Of a stretch of DNA of 56,876 bases, positions 27,795 through 36,912 are shown piece by piece. The notes beneath the pieces were generated by a model. The model searched no databases. It was not told where the DNA came from and saw only the letters and a list, made by a program, of their open reading frames with translations. The position numbers and the translations under genes are program-made. This DNA comes from Trueperaceae bacterium. Its GTDB lineage: Bacteria; Deinococcota; Deinococci; Deinococcales; Trueperaceae. Numbering within the stretch: the first letter of the stretch is position 1; each line of letters starts with the position of its first letter. The stretch is taken from positions 1 to 56,876 of the forward strand of contig DASSXV010000076.1 in the NCBI GenBank assembly GCA_035703635.1, written 5' to 3'.

Positions 27795-29132
27795 ATGGCC
27801 AACCAAGCCTCAACGAAGTCTGCGAGCAGGCGCTCTTCGAGCGCCAAGCGCTCGAGTGGTCCGCGGACCGTCATCCGCAACGCGCGCCTAGCGACTGACG
27901 CTGGCCTCGGCCCCAGCGTGGACGTGTACGTGCGCGGCGCCGTCATCGAAGGCTTCGACCTCGGTGGCGCAGTCGACCGCGAACACGACGCCGGCGGCAA
28001 CCTCCTGACACCCGCCTTCATCGACCTCCACACTCACCTGCGCGACCCCGGCCAAGAAGTGAAAGAGGATCTGACCAGCGGCCTCAGCGCCGCCGCGGCC
28101 GGTGGTTTCGGGACCGTCGTCAGCATGGCCAACACGGCTCCGGTGATAGACGACGCCGGGTTGGTAGCTGACCTCGTGCGCCGCTCCGAACTCATCGGCC
28201 AAGCGCGCCTGCGGCCGGCCGCCACCGTCAGCGTCGGGCTAGCGGGCGAGCGCCTCACCGATTTCGCTGCGCTCAAGGAAGCCGGCGCCGTGATGCTGAC
28301 AGACGACGGCATACCATTGGTCGACTCCCACCTCATGCGCAGGGCTTGCGAGTACGCCGCCGAGCTCGGCCTCGTCATCCAGACTCACTCCGAGGAGCCG
28401 GCGCTCCGCAACGCTGGCGTCATGAACGAGGGCGCCGTAAGCCGCGCGCTTGGGCTGCCAGGCAACCCCGCCTCGGCGGAGGCCATCATGGTCTTCCGCG
28501 ACGCGGAGATCGCGCGCATGACCGGCGCCAGAGTACACATCGCCCACGTGAGCAGCCAACGCGCCATGCAAGTAGCGCAGTGGTTGCGGGCGGACGGCGC
28601 CCCGATAACGGTGGAGGTCACGCCGCAGCACCTGACCCTCACGGACGAGGCGCTGCGCGGCTTTGACCCCGTCTTCAAGGTAGCTCCGCCGCTGCGCACC
28701 GCCGCCGACGTTGCCTACCTGCGCGAGACCGTGCGCGCTGGCTTGGTTGACAACATCGGCACGGATCACGCGCCACACACGCGCGCCGAGAAGGAGCGCG
28801 ACCTGCTCGAGGCCCCGTTCGGGATAGCCAACCTCGAAGTCAGCTTTGCCCTGCTTTACAGCGAGCTGGTTGAGACGGGTGAGCTGCCCCTCGCCCGCCT
28901 CCTCCACCTACTGCAAGCCGGCCCGGCCGGAGTGATGGGATGGCAGCCGCCCGTGCTCGAGCCAGGCGCGCCAGCCGACCTTACGGTGCTTGACCTGACC
29001 ACCGCCCGCGAGGTGCGCGGGCAAAGGTTCAAGAGCAAGGCGAAGCACAACCCGTGGGAGGGCCGGTTGCTCCGGGGTTGGCCTCGCCTCACGATGGTAA
29101 GAGGTGAGGCCTGTTTCGTGGCGGAGGCCTAG
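27795..29132 (+). CDS. pyrC: Dihydroorotase
   Basis: DLHTHLRDPGQ, GGF.TV..MANT.P, TDDG, HIAHVS, EVTPQHL, KVAPPLR, TDHAPH, APFGI. Confidence 0.95.
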   Translation: MANQASTKSASRRSSSAKRSSGPRTVIRNARLATDAGLGPSVDVYVRGAVIEGFDLGGAVDREHDAGGNLLTPAFIDLHTHLRDPGQEVKEDLTSGLSAAAAGGFGTVVSMANTAPVIDDAGLVADLVRRSELIGQARLRPAATVSVGLAGERLTDFAALKEAGAVMLTDDGIPLVDSHLMRRACEYAAELGLVIQTHSEEPALRNAGVMNEGAVSRALGLPGNPASAEAIMVFRDAEIARMTGARVHIAHVSSQRAMQVAQWLRADGAPITVEVTPQHLTLTDEALRGFDPVFKVAPPLRTAADVAYLRETVRAGLVDNIGTDHAPHTRAEKERDLLEAPFGIANLEVSFALLYSELVETGELPLARLLHLLQAGPAGVMGWQPPVLEPGAPADLTVLDLTTAREVRGQRFKSKAKHNPWEGRLLRGWPRLTMVRGEACFVAEA

Positions 29133-29148
29133 GCAACAGCCTAGTTTT
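29129..29148 (+). terminator. Probable intrinsic terminator after pyrC
   Basis: CTAGGC-AACA-GCCTAG followed by TTTT. Confidence 0.55.
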
Positions 29149-29206
29149 CCTAGGTAAGTGACGACATTTCCTCTCCGCCAGCAGCAGCAATGCCTACAAT
29201 GTGCCC

Positions 29207-30067
29207 ATGACGGCAGCCGCGGACGCCAGCCACCACCTCCCCAACCACCCCCTTGGGCGTGGTGGCGTTGCAGACCCGCGTACAGCGCTGCAGCACGACG
29301 CCGCGCTCCCCACCCCAGCGCCGGCGTCAGGCTCGAACGCGGCCACCGTCATTCCCGCTGGCGCCGCAAGCGTTGCCGGCATGCACGGGGGCATGTCGGC
29401 TCACCGCGCGCACAGCTTAGAGGGCCTATCCGACGCCTGGCGCCTGCCCGCCCGGGCCCACGCACGCTTCGATCAGCTCTACCTCTCCGGCGCTCCTGCA
29501 GAGGCCGCGCTGATCATAGAGGCCGGCCTGGTGGCGCTTGAACTAGACGTGCCGCGCGCGCGCATCATGGCGTTAGCTGGCCCGGGTGATGTCATCGGCG
29601 CCCTCATGCCAGGGCACGGCCACTACCTAGAGAGCGCAACGGCCCTCAGCGGTGAGGTCGTCGTGCGGGTGTTGGACGAACGCGTCCACGCAGAGCTGGC
29701 GCCACAAGACCTCACCGAGGTGCTGCTCAGCGCCGCGGCCGCGCGGGTCGTAACCCTTACTCACGCACTCGAAGACGCCGAGCATCCCGTTCCGGCCCGC
29801 GTGGCGCGCGCGTTCCAGAGGCTCGGCTCGCGCTTCGGGCAAAAACTAGCCGACGGCACCGTCCGCCTGACGCTGCCCGTCACTCATGACACGCTCGCCG
29901 CCATGGTCGGCGCAGCGCGCGAGACGACCACTGCCGTCATCGCGCAGCTAAGGCAACTTGACCTAGTTCAAGGCACGAGGGGCAACTACCGCATACGCCC
30001 GGCGGAGCTCGCGGAGTACGCCCTCGAGGTCGCGCTCAGCGGCACAGCGCTACAGCCTGCGCAGTAG
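29207..30067 (+). CDS. Crp/Fnr family transcriptional regulator
   Basis: C-terminal RFG.......LPVTHDTLAAMVGAARETTT HTH; degenerate cNMP barrel (G.V.L....GPGDVIG); TACAAT 6 nt before ATG 29207. Confidence 0.82.
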   Translation: MTAAADASHHLPNHPLGRGGVADPRTALQHDAALPTPAPASGSNAATVIPAGAASVAGMHGGMSAHRAHSLEGLSDAWRLPARAHARFDQLYLSGAPAEAALIIEAGLVALELDVPRARIMALAGPGDVIGALMPGHGHYLESATALSGEVVVRVLDERVHAELAPQDLTEVLLSAAAARVVTLTHALEDAEHPVPARVARAFQRLGSRFGQKLADGTVRLTLPVTHDTLAAMVGAARETTTAVIAQLRQLDLVQGTRGNYRIRPAELAEYALEVALSGTALQPAQ

Positions 30068-30640
30068 CTCCGGCATGTCCTCGCCCAAGCGCACGACCAC
30101 GTCCTGGCCGTAGATGTAGCGCAAGTAACCGTCGCGGTCGACCACGCCAACCACGTCCGTGTGCGCGATCGTGCTGCCACCCTCCACGAAGCCAACGAAG
30201 AACGCCCGCGCCGCCTCAGCTACCTGCGAGTTCGAGCCAGTCAACCCAACGAAATCAGGGTGGTAGCGCTTCAAGTACTCCGCCAGCACCGCAGGCGTGT
30301 CGAAACCGGGATCAACCGTCACCAGCACGACGTTCAGGTCGTCAGGCGCCCCCAACTGCTCGTAAGCGTGCGTGAGGCGCGCCATCGTCAACGGACACAC
30401 GTCAGGGCAACGCGTGAAACCGAAGAACACCAGCGTCACCGCGCCGCTGAAATCCCCCGCCAGGTCGACGGGTTCGCCCCGCGTATCGACGAGGTCGAGA
30501 CCAGTCACCTTCACCGGGTTCTGCAGCTCCGTGCCGCCCAGCGCCTGCCGGGGACGCAACAACGTACCCAACGTGAAGGCGCCAACACCTAGGACCGCCA
30601 TCGCGGCAACGAACCACAAGACTTTAGCTGGGGCCTTCAT
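30050..30640 (-). CDS. SCO1/SenC family copper chaperone
   Basis: N-terminal TM, FFGFTRCPDVCP (CxxxC), VTVDP..DTP..L, conserved His (IAHT). Confidence 0.92.
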   Translation of the reverse strand: MKAPAKVLWFVAAMAVLGVGAFTLGTLLRPRQALGGTELQNPVKVTGLDLVDTRGEPVDLAGDFSGAVTLVFFGFTRCPDVCPLTMARLTHAYEQLGAPDDLNVVLVTVDPGFDTPAVLAEYLKRYHPDFVGLTGSNSQVAEAARAFFVGFVEGGSTIAHTDVVGVVDRDGYLRYIYGQDVVVRLGEDMPELLRRL

Positions 30641-30648
30641 GCAGGCAA

Positions 30649-33048
30649 CTATACGTGCCGCACGCTCCTAGACTCGTGGTCCAGCATCTCGAAGAACGCC
30701 TCCACCACGGCCGGGTCGAAATGCGTCCCGCTGCCATCGCGGATGAACTGCGCCGCCCGATCGACGGGCCACGCCTCCCGGTAAGGCCTCTCAGACGTCA
30801 ACGCATCGAAGACATCAACCACCGCGAAAATGCGCGCCGCCAACGGGATCTGCTCACCCTTGAGGCCGCGCGGGTAACCGCTGCCGTCCCACTTCTCATG
30901 GTGGCAGTAAGGGATATCCAACGCGGGCCGTAAGAACTCGATCGGCGACAAGAGCTCGTACGCGAACACGGGGTGCTTGCGCATGAAGTCGAACTCCTCA
31001 GAGGTCAACGGCCCGCGCTTCAACAGGATCTGATCAGGGATGCCCATCTTGCCGATGTCGTGCAGCAGCGCCCCGCGCTGGATGTGCACGAGCTCGTCAG
31101 ACGCCACGTTGAGGCGGCGCGAGAGCCTCACCGTCATGTCCGTCACGCGCTTGCTGTGCCCCGCCGTCTCCTCGTCCTTGAGGTCGAGCGCGCTAGCCCA
31201 ACCCTCGATGGTGCGGTCGTATGCGCGGTGCAACTCCTGGTTGCTGCGCTCAAGCGAACGCACCAACTGTGAGTTCTCCACGGCTATGGCGCCCTGGTCG
31301 GCGTACGTCTCGAGGAACTCGAGCCACTCGGCAGACGTCTCCATCGGCCGCTTCGAGTACAGCTCGATGACGCCCTGCAACTGCCCCTTGGCCACCATCG
31401 GCACCGCCATGTAAGACGAGTACTCCACCTGATGCTCCGGCTCGACCGCGGCACCCCAGCCGTCCTCACCGCGCAGGTCCGGCAGGTAAACGGAGCGTTG
31501 CTCCATGCCAGCCACGCCGGCGGGCCCGACGCCGAAGTCGACGCGGGCCCTCACGCGCAACTCGCTCGTGAAGCCAAGGCCCATGGCTGGCCGCAGCGCA
31601 TGCAGCTGCGGATCGTAAAGAAGCACGCCAACCGCGTCGATCCCGAGGTCCTGCACGACTTGCGTCATGAAGATGTCGAACACCAGCTTCACGTCGACGC
31701 TGTTGTTGATGGCCATGTCGATGCGCCGCAACGACTGAAGGTGGCTGAGGCGGCGCTTCAACTCGTCGTTGAGGGAGCGGATCCTGTCGACGACAGGCAC
31801 GCGGTCGCCCACGCGGCGGTAACTCAGGATGAACGCGCCGATGTTCGGGTCGTGCAGGAGGTTAGACACCGACCCCTCGAGCCAATGGTAGGTGCCACCG
31901 ACGTCACGAACCCTGAACCGCACCTCCTCGGTGGCGCCAAGCCGCGCCTCGACCATGTCGAAGGCGTCGGACAAGGCGGCCTGATCGTCAGGGTGCACGA
32001 GGTCGAGTTGGTTGGTGCCAAGCAGCTCGCTGTCGCGGTAGCCCATGCTCGACTGGTTATGGTAGTTGACCCGCTGCAGGCGCCTGTGCCTGTCGAGAAG
32101 CACGAGGCCCTGGTTGCTGCGCTCGAAGATCGCGCGGTAGTAAGCCTCGCTCGAGCGGAGTCGCCGCGTCTCCATGACGCTGGCGGTACCGTCCCGCGCC
32201 TGCACGAGCAACCCGCGCACATCAGGGTCGTCCGAGAGGTCGGTCGCCGTCACGTCGAACCAGCGCCACGCCCCGCTCACCCGCACGCGCACGACGGTGT
32301 TCACGTTGTTCAACGGGCCCTTGGTCGGGTCGTAACGCGACGCGAGCGCCGTCTGTGCCGCCTCGCGGTCGCGTGGGTGCACGATGCGCCACAGGTCGAG
32401 CTCGCGGTGCTCGCCGGCAACCAACCCGAGCGCGACAGCCGTGGGTGACGCGTAATCGATGCGCCCATGAGCGTCGATGACGAAGAACACGTCCGATGAC
32501 CGCTCGACCACGACGCGAAAACGTCGCTCGGCCCGACTAGCGCGTGAGTCGACAGGCTTGGTCGGCAGGGCCCGACACACGAGCACGGTGCGCCCATCCT
32601 CGACACGGAAGGCGCTCACCGCCGCTGGCACGACCCCACCTTGAGGCCGCACGAGCTCGACCTCGAGCTGCAGCGGCCCGGCACGGTCAGGCGCCACGAT
32701 CAGCGCCAGCAGCGGCGCCGAGACGGGCAGCAGCTTCACTAGCGACATGCCGAGGAGGGCGCCGGGCCGCACGTGCAGCAGGGCTTCGGCTGCCGGGTTG
32801 GCGGCGCTGACCAAGTCGTTGGTGTCGAGGACGAGGAGCGCGTCCTGCACGCGCGCGAATACTTCGGCGAGGAGCAGCGTGCCGAGGGACGTGTGCGGTT
32901 TGTCCGCGCCTGCGGCCCCGCCATGACCGACGTCGCCGTTTACTGCGCTTGGCCTAAGGCTGGGGGAACGTTCACGTGACACGGTTGGCGTTGCCTCCTC
33001 GGCGGCCTGTTGCGTCCCGACAGCTGACGGCGCCACACGCAACCCCAA
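30649..33048 (-). CDS. PAS-PAS-PAS-GAF-HD-GYP cyclic-dinucleotide phosphodiesterase
   Basis: PAS motifs (ANPAAE, VHPRD, VHPDD), GAF (YMAVPMVAKGQLQGVIE), ETAGHSKRV, LHDIGK, HHEKWDGSGYP, VDVFDALTSERPY; start uncertain. Confidence 0.92.
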   Translation of the reverse strand: MGLRVAPSAVGTQQAAEEATPTVSRERSPSLRPSAVNGDVGHGGAAGADKPHTSLGTLLLAEVFARVQDALLVLDTNDLVSAANPAAEALLHVRPGALLGMSLVKLLPVSAPLLALIVAPDRAGPLQLEVELVRPQGGVVPAAVSAFRVEDGRTVLVCRALPTKPVDSRASRAERRFRVVVERSSDVFFVIDAHGRIDYASPTAVALGLVAGEHRELDLWRIVHPRDREAAQTALASRYDPTKGPLNNVNTVVRVRVSGAWRWFDVTATDLSDDPDVRGLLVQARDGTASVMETRRLRSSEAYYRAIFERSNQGLVLLDRHRRLQRVNYHNQSSMGYRDSELLGTNQLDLVHPDDQAALSDAFDMVEARLGATEEVRFRVRDVGGTYHWLEGSVSNLLHDPNIGAFILSYRRVGDRVPVVDRIRSLNDELKRRLSHLQSLRRIDMAINNSVDVKLVFDIFMTQVVQDLGIDAVGVLLYDPQLHALRPAMGLGFTSELRVRARVDFGVGPAGVAGMEQRSVYLPDLRGEDGWGAAVEPEHQVEYSSYMAVPMVAKGQLQGVIELYSKRPMETSAEWLEFLETYADQGAIAVENSQLVRSLERSNQELHRAYDRTIEGWASALDLKDEETAGHSKRVTDMTVRLSRRLNVASDELVHIQRGALLHDIGKMGIPDQILLKRGPLTSEEFDFMRKHPVFAYELLSPIEFLRPALDIPYCHHEKWDGSGYPRGLKGEQIPLAARIFAVVDVFDALTSERPYREAWPVDRAAQFIRDGSGTHFDPAVVEAFFEMLDHESRSVRHV

Positions 33049-33110
33049 CAGGATATACGCTTAGCGCCCCGAGCGCCTGCCGAAGATGCCACTTGCGGAG
33101 CTTTGACGTG

Positions 33111-35243
33111 TCAGTCGCCGCTTACACCCGCGCCAGAACTTGCACCACCTTCGGGCGCGGCATGGTGATCGAAGAGCGCCTGAATGCCGTCGAGGCGTGC
33201 GGCCACCAGCTGAGCTACGTCAAGCACTTGCGGGGCGTTCTCCGCCTCCGCACCGTCGCTCGAGGAGAGCATGACCTTGCAGAACGGGCAGCCCGTCGCT
33301 ATGACTTGGGCCCCTGTCGCCACGGCCTCGTCGAAGCGTGCGTTTGACACGCGCTGGTCGCCCTCCTCCTCTTCCTTCCAGAACTGAGCGCCGCCTGCGC
33401 CGCAGCAGAAGGAGTCGTTGCGGTTGCGTGGCATCTCGATCACTTCGTTGCCTCCGCTGGCGAGGACGTTACGCGGCGCGTCGTAGATGCCGTTGTGGCG
33501 CCCGAGGTAGCACGGGTCGTGATACGTGATCGACTCGTCGAGCGTGAAAGTCGGAATGCGCCCCTCGGCCATCAGTTGCTCGATCAGTTGGGTGTGGTGG
33601 GTCACGCTGTACTCGCCGCCCAGCTGCGGGTAGTCGTTGAACAGGGCGTTGTAACAGTGCGGGCACGTCGTCAGCACTAGCTTGCGCTTGTCCTTGTCGA
33701 GCTTCTCGTCGACGAGCACGGCGTTGAGCGTTTCCACGTTCTCCGTCGCCAACTGGTAGTAGAGGTACTCGTTGCCTGCGCGGCGCGCGGGGTCGCCGGT
33801 GCACTTCTCACCCTTGCCTAGCACGGCGTAGTTGACTTTCGCTTGGTCCAGGATGCGAGCCATCGCCCTCGTCGTCTTCTGCGCGGCCGGGTCGTACGAG
33901 CCGGCGCAACCGACCCAGAAGAGGACCTCGAAGTCGGGGTTCTCCTCCACCGTCGGCACGGTAAGGCCATCGGCCCACTCCATGCGCTTGTCCTGGCCGA
34001 TACCCCACGGGTTGCCGCTACGCTCCATGCCGCGGAACGCGGTTTGCAGCTCGGCGGGGAACTCGCCTTGCATCATGACGAGGTCGCGGCGGATATCGAC
34101 GATGTCGATCATCTGCTCGCAACCTACGGGGCACACCTCCATGCAGGCGCCGCAGGTGGTGCACGCCCACACGGCCTCGGCCGGGATGGCGAACTCGAGG
34201 AGCGAGCGTGGGCTCTCCGCCCCACCGGCGAACTCCTCGGCGATCATGTTCAACTCGTAGCGTTTGTTGATCTCGAGCGCAGCCGGGCTGAGGGCCTTGC
34301 CCGTCTGGTTGGCGGGGCAGACGTTCGCGCAGCGGTTGCACTGGATGCAGGCGTAAGCGTCGAGGATCTGCGGGAAGCGCAGGTGCTCGAGTCGTGCCGC
34401 GCCGAACTGCTCCGCCGTGTCGTCCTCGAGGTCGACCGGCTCGAGCACCCCGAGCGGTACCGGGGCGAGCTCTTCCGTGCGGCGGTCGAGCGCGAAGTTG
34501 GCAGGCGCCGCGAAGAGGTGCAGGTGCTTGGAGCGCGGGAAGTACGGCAGGAACGCCAGGATGATGCCGAGAGCGCCCCACCAGAACACGTGCCAGCCGA
34601 TGATGCGGCCGTCGCCCGGCCCGATGAGGCCAGCGACGATGCTCGTGATCGGTTGGTAGGGGTCGGGGCCGCCGTGCGACGCGAGGAGGAAGCTCTCGGC
34701 CAGCAAGCGCGAGCCGACGTGCAACAGGATGAAGCCGCCGACGATGAGGCTGTCGAGCTGCACGCCGCCTGCCGCCACCTTCTCGTGGAGCTTCACGCGG
34801 GCGCCGTGGGTGATGGTCTTCGGTTTGACGACGAAGCGCCGGATGAGGAAATAGACCATGCCGACGAGGATCAAGAAGGTGAGGATGTCGGCGATCAACA
34901 AGTAGATGCTGCCGACGACACCAAAGTTCAATCGCGAAGTGAAACTGACGGGCAGGAAGCCGTTGAGGGCGTCGACCGCGTTGACTGCCAGGTAGAGCAT
35001 GAAGCCGTAGAAGATGAAGGAGTGAAAGAAGCTGGCGACGGGCCGTGCCCTGAAGACGGTGGTCTGGCCGAGCGTGCGCATTATCCCGTCGAAGATGCGG
35101 CGCGGTAGTTGATTGAGGCGCGGCACGGGCCCGTTCTGACCGCGAGCGATCACTTGAACAACGCGCCTGAAGCCAACGTACGCGAAGTAGAAGGAAGTGG
35201 CGGCTAACAGCAAGAAGATGATCTTCTCTGGGATGCTCAGCAT
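33111..35243 (-). CDS. fadF: Membrane-anchored Fe-S oxidoreductase (FadF/HdrD/GlpC family)
   Basis: N-terminal TMs, SKHLH, CIQCNRCANVCP and CTTCGACMEVCP [4Fe-4S] motifs, CCG domains (CPHC, HDPCYLGRHN, FCCGAGG, CPFC). Confidence 0.85.
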   Translation of the reverse strand: MLSIPEKIIFLLLAATSFYFAYVGFRRVVQVIARGQNGPVPRLNQLPRRIFDGIMRTLGQTTVFRARPVASFFHSFIFYGFMLYLAVNAVDALNGFLPVSFTSRLNFGVVGSIYLLIADILTFLILVGMVYFLIRRFVVKPKTITHGARVKLHEKVAAGGVQLDSLIVGGFILLHVGSRLLAESFLLASHGGPDPYQPITSIVAGLIGPGDGRIIGWHVFWWGALGIILAFLPYFPRSKHLHLFAAPANFALDRRTEELAPVPLGVLEPVDLEDDTAEQFGAARLEHLRFPQILDAYACIQCNRCANVCPANQTGKALSPAALEINKRYELNMIAEEFAGGAESPRSLLEFAIPAEAVWACTTCGACMEVCPVGCEQMIDIVDIRRDLVMMQGEFPAELQTAFRGMERSGNPWGIGQDKRMEWADGLTVPTVEENPDFEVLFWVGCAGSYDPAAQKTTRAMARILDQAKVNYAVLGKGEKCTGDPARRAGNEYLYYQLATENVETLNAVLVDEKLDKDKRKLVLTTCPHCYNALFNDYPQLGGEYSVTHHTQLIEQLMAEGRIPTFTLDESITYHDPCYLGRHNGIYDAPRNVLASGGNEVIEMPRNRNDSFCCGAGGAQFWKEEEEGDQRVSNARFDEAVATGAQVIATGCPFCKVMLSSSDGAEAENAPQVLDVAQLVAARLDGIQALFDHHAAPEGGASSGAGVSGD

Positions 35244-35341
35244 GCAGGCGTCCTCCTGCGCCGGCCGGGGCTCGGGCGCGTAACGCTAAGGTTCTGGGCC
35301 CCAGTCTATAGGCCACTGGCGCGGTGAGGCACCACGGCACA

Positions 35342-35369
35342 ATTGTACTCAGTACAAGTTACGGGTCAA
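35342..35369 (-). promoter_or_regulatory. fadF promoter TTGACC-N16-TACAAT overlapped by palindromic operator TTGTACTCAGTACAA (FadR-like)
   Basis: Perfect 7-1-7 inverted repeat at 35343-35357; -35 at 35369-35364 and -10 at 35347-35342 on the minus strand. Confidence 0.75.
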
Positions 35370-35466
35370 GGCGTCTACGCCGACCCTCGCGCGCATGAGA
35401 GAACGGTGTACGAGTCTTCGTAGCCTGGTCGCCACATGAGCGCCTGCTTGGTACTAACATGTCGCT

Positions 35467-35636
35467 ACCACGGAAAGGAGGTGGTCTATTATTAAACGCT
35501 TGGCAATGACCGGTGGAGGTGCCCGCCTAGGGTAGCCAAGAGCCGCCTCCTGGATGAGTCGGAACTCGAGGTTCCCCCAAATTCCAGGCTGGCACCGACT
35601 CGCCCCAGACAACTTGTCTGGGGCGAGTTTTTGTTT
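35467..35636 (+). ncRNA. Candidate stand-alone structured RNA (or sORF mRNA) with extended SD, pseudoknot-capable core and terminator
   Basis: Plus-strand TAACAT -10-like element (35455-35460) and U-tailed terminator between two minus-strand genes; several complementary segments (see findings). Confidence 0.6.
35598..35636 (+). terminator. Intrinsic terminator
   Basis: ACTCGCCCCAGACAA-C-TTGTCTGGGGCGAGT perfect inverted repeat followed by TTTTGTTT. Confidence 0.85.
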
Positions 35637-35660
35637 ACCGAGTTGGAGGCTCTTACGAGT

Positions 35661-36254
35661 TCAGCGCTTGCCGAGCAAACGCCACGCCGTTGGCAGCAGC
35701 ACGGTCGCCAGACCAAGCTTGATGAGGTCACCAGCCACGAACGGCAGCATGCCGAGCTCGATGGCCCGTAGCCAGGAGCCGCCTACGGCGAAGTGCAGCC
35801 ACGTGAGGCCGAACGCGTAGATGACGAGGCTTGCCACCAGCATGGCCACTGCCGTGAGGCGCATGGATCGGTCCCAACCGCGTTCGGCCAACGCGCCGAG
35901 CAATGTGGCGGCCACGACGAAGCCGACCAAGTAACCGCCCGTCGGCCCCATCAGGTAAGCGAAGCCGGACTGACCACCAGTGAAGAGCGGCATGCCTGCC
36001 ACGCCGAACAGCAAGTACGCGCCGCTCGTCATGGCGCCAAGGCGGGCGCCGTAAGCCGCCCCGAGCAGGAGCACGCCCAAGGTCTGGCCGGTGACCGGCA
36101 CAACGCCGATCTGCAACCTGATCTGCGCCAGGAGCGCCAAGAACGCCACGCCGGCAACCACGAGCGCAGCGGTGCGCAACCCACCACGCACGGCGGTCGT
36201 TGGCGTTGGCATTACGGTGCTTAAGAGAGTGGAACGGCGGTTGGCGCTGGTCAT
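35661..36254 (-). CDS. bioY: Biotin transporter BioY
   Basis: VPVTGQTLGVLL.GA..G, G.P.FTGG..G..YL.GPTGGYLVGF, PFVAGDLIK. Confidence 0.93.
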   Translation of the reverse strand: MTSANRRSTLLSTVMPTPTTAVRGGLRTAALVVAGVAFLALLAQIRLQIGVVPVTGQTLGVLLLGAAYGARLGAMTSGAYLLFGVAGMPLFTGGQSGFAYLMGPTGGYLVGFVVAATLLGALAERGWDRSMRLTAVAMLVASLVIYAFGLTWLHFAVGGSWLRAIELGMLPFVAGDLIKLGLATVLLPTAWRLLGKR

Positions 36255-36309
36255 GAACTGGCCTCCTCGGGCGAAGAAGCCGCAGCATACCAGCGCCTAT
36301 ACTTGCTTG

Positions 36310-36804
36310 GTGCCACACGATCCCTCCACCCCTCGGTCGTCCGATTGGGTCATCAGCGTCAGCACCGCCTTCCCGAACATGGCCAACCCGCTGGGAACGC
36401 TCTTCGGCGGGCACGTCCTCGAGCTCATGGACATGGGGGCCGCGGTGGCAGCCCAACGCTTCTGCCGCAACCCGGTGGTCACCGCCTCTACGGAACCCAT
36501 CGACTTCCGCAACCCCATCCACGTCGGCGAGATCATCGAACTCAAGTGCCGCGTCGCCTGGACCGGTCGCACGAGCATGATCGTGCGCTGCGAAGTGCAC
36601 GGCGAGAACCCGCTGACCGGCGAACGTCGACTTTGCACGATCGGGCACCTCAACTTCGTTGCGCTCGGCGCGGACGGTAGGCCAACGCCCGTACCGGAAC
36701 TGAAGTTGGAGACGGACATCCAGCAGCGTCACTGGGAGACGGGGCAGCGGGTCCGCGATGACCTGGAGCGCCGCCGCGCACGCAAGGCGTACGAACCAAC
36801 CTGA
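36310..36804 (+). CDS. Acyl-CoA thioesterase (hotdog fold, YciA-like)
   Basis: FP..ANPLGTLFGG..L..MD..AA, VTAS...IDF..PI.VG, GRTSM, FVA....GRP.PVP; TATACT 6 nt before GTG 36310. Confidence 0.92.
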   Translation: MPHDPSTPRSSDWVISVSTAFPNMANPLGTLFGGHVLELMDMGAAVAAQRFCRNPVVTASTEPIDFRNPIHVGEIIELKCRVAWTGRTSMIVRCEVHGENPLTGERRLCTIGHLNFVALGADGRPTPVPELKLETDIQQRHWETGQRVRDDLERRRARKAYEPT

Positions 36805-36912
36805 TGTCGGCCACGTGGGACTAAACCCACTAGCACGCCGCACCCCGCCTCGTAGCATTGCCACAACTGAGTTGACTTGAGCTGAGGCTCATGTGCTGCG
36901 AAGGGGTCAGAT

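Noticed and set aside
33843-35340. Long antisense or alternative-frame ORFs (e.g. 33843-35108+, 34018-35340-, 31432-32448+, 51349-52587-, 35728-36864-)
   Set aside because: Typical shadow ORFs of high-GC3 genes; Arg/Ala/Gly-rich with no motifs and overlapping well-supported CDSs
35473-35488. Fragment of a 16S rRNA gene on the minus strand
   Set aside because: Only the anti-SD-complementary 16 nt match; the flanks show no rRNA similarity
35549-35601. CTGGATGAG as a hammerhead ribozyme core, or GGCACCGA as a tracrRNA tail
   Set aside because: The core is not CUGAUGA and no downstream GAAA/stem III exists; no Cas9/TnpB/IscB gene nearby
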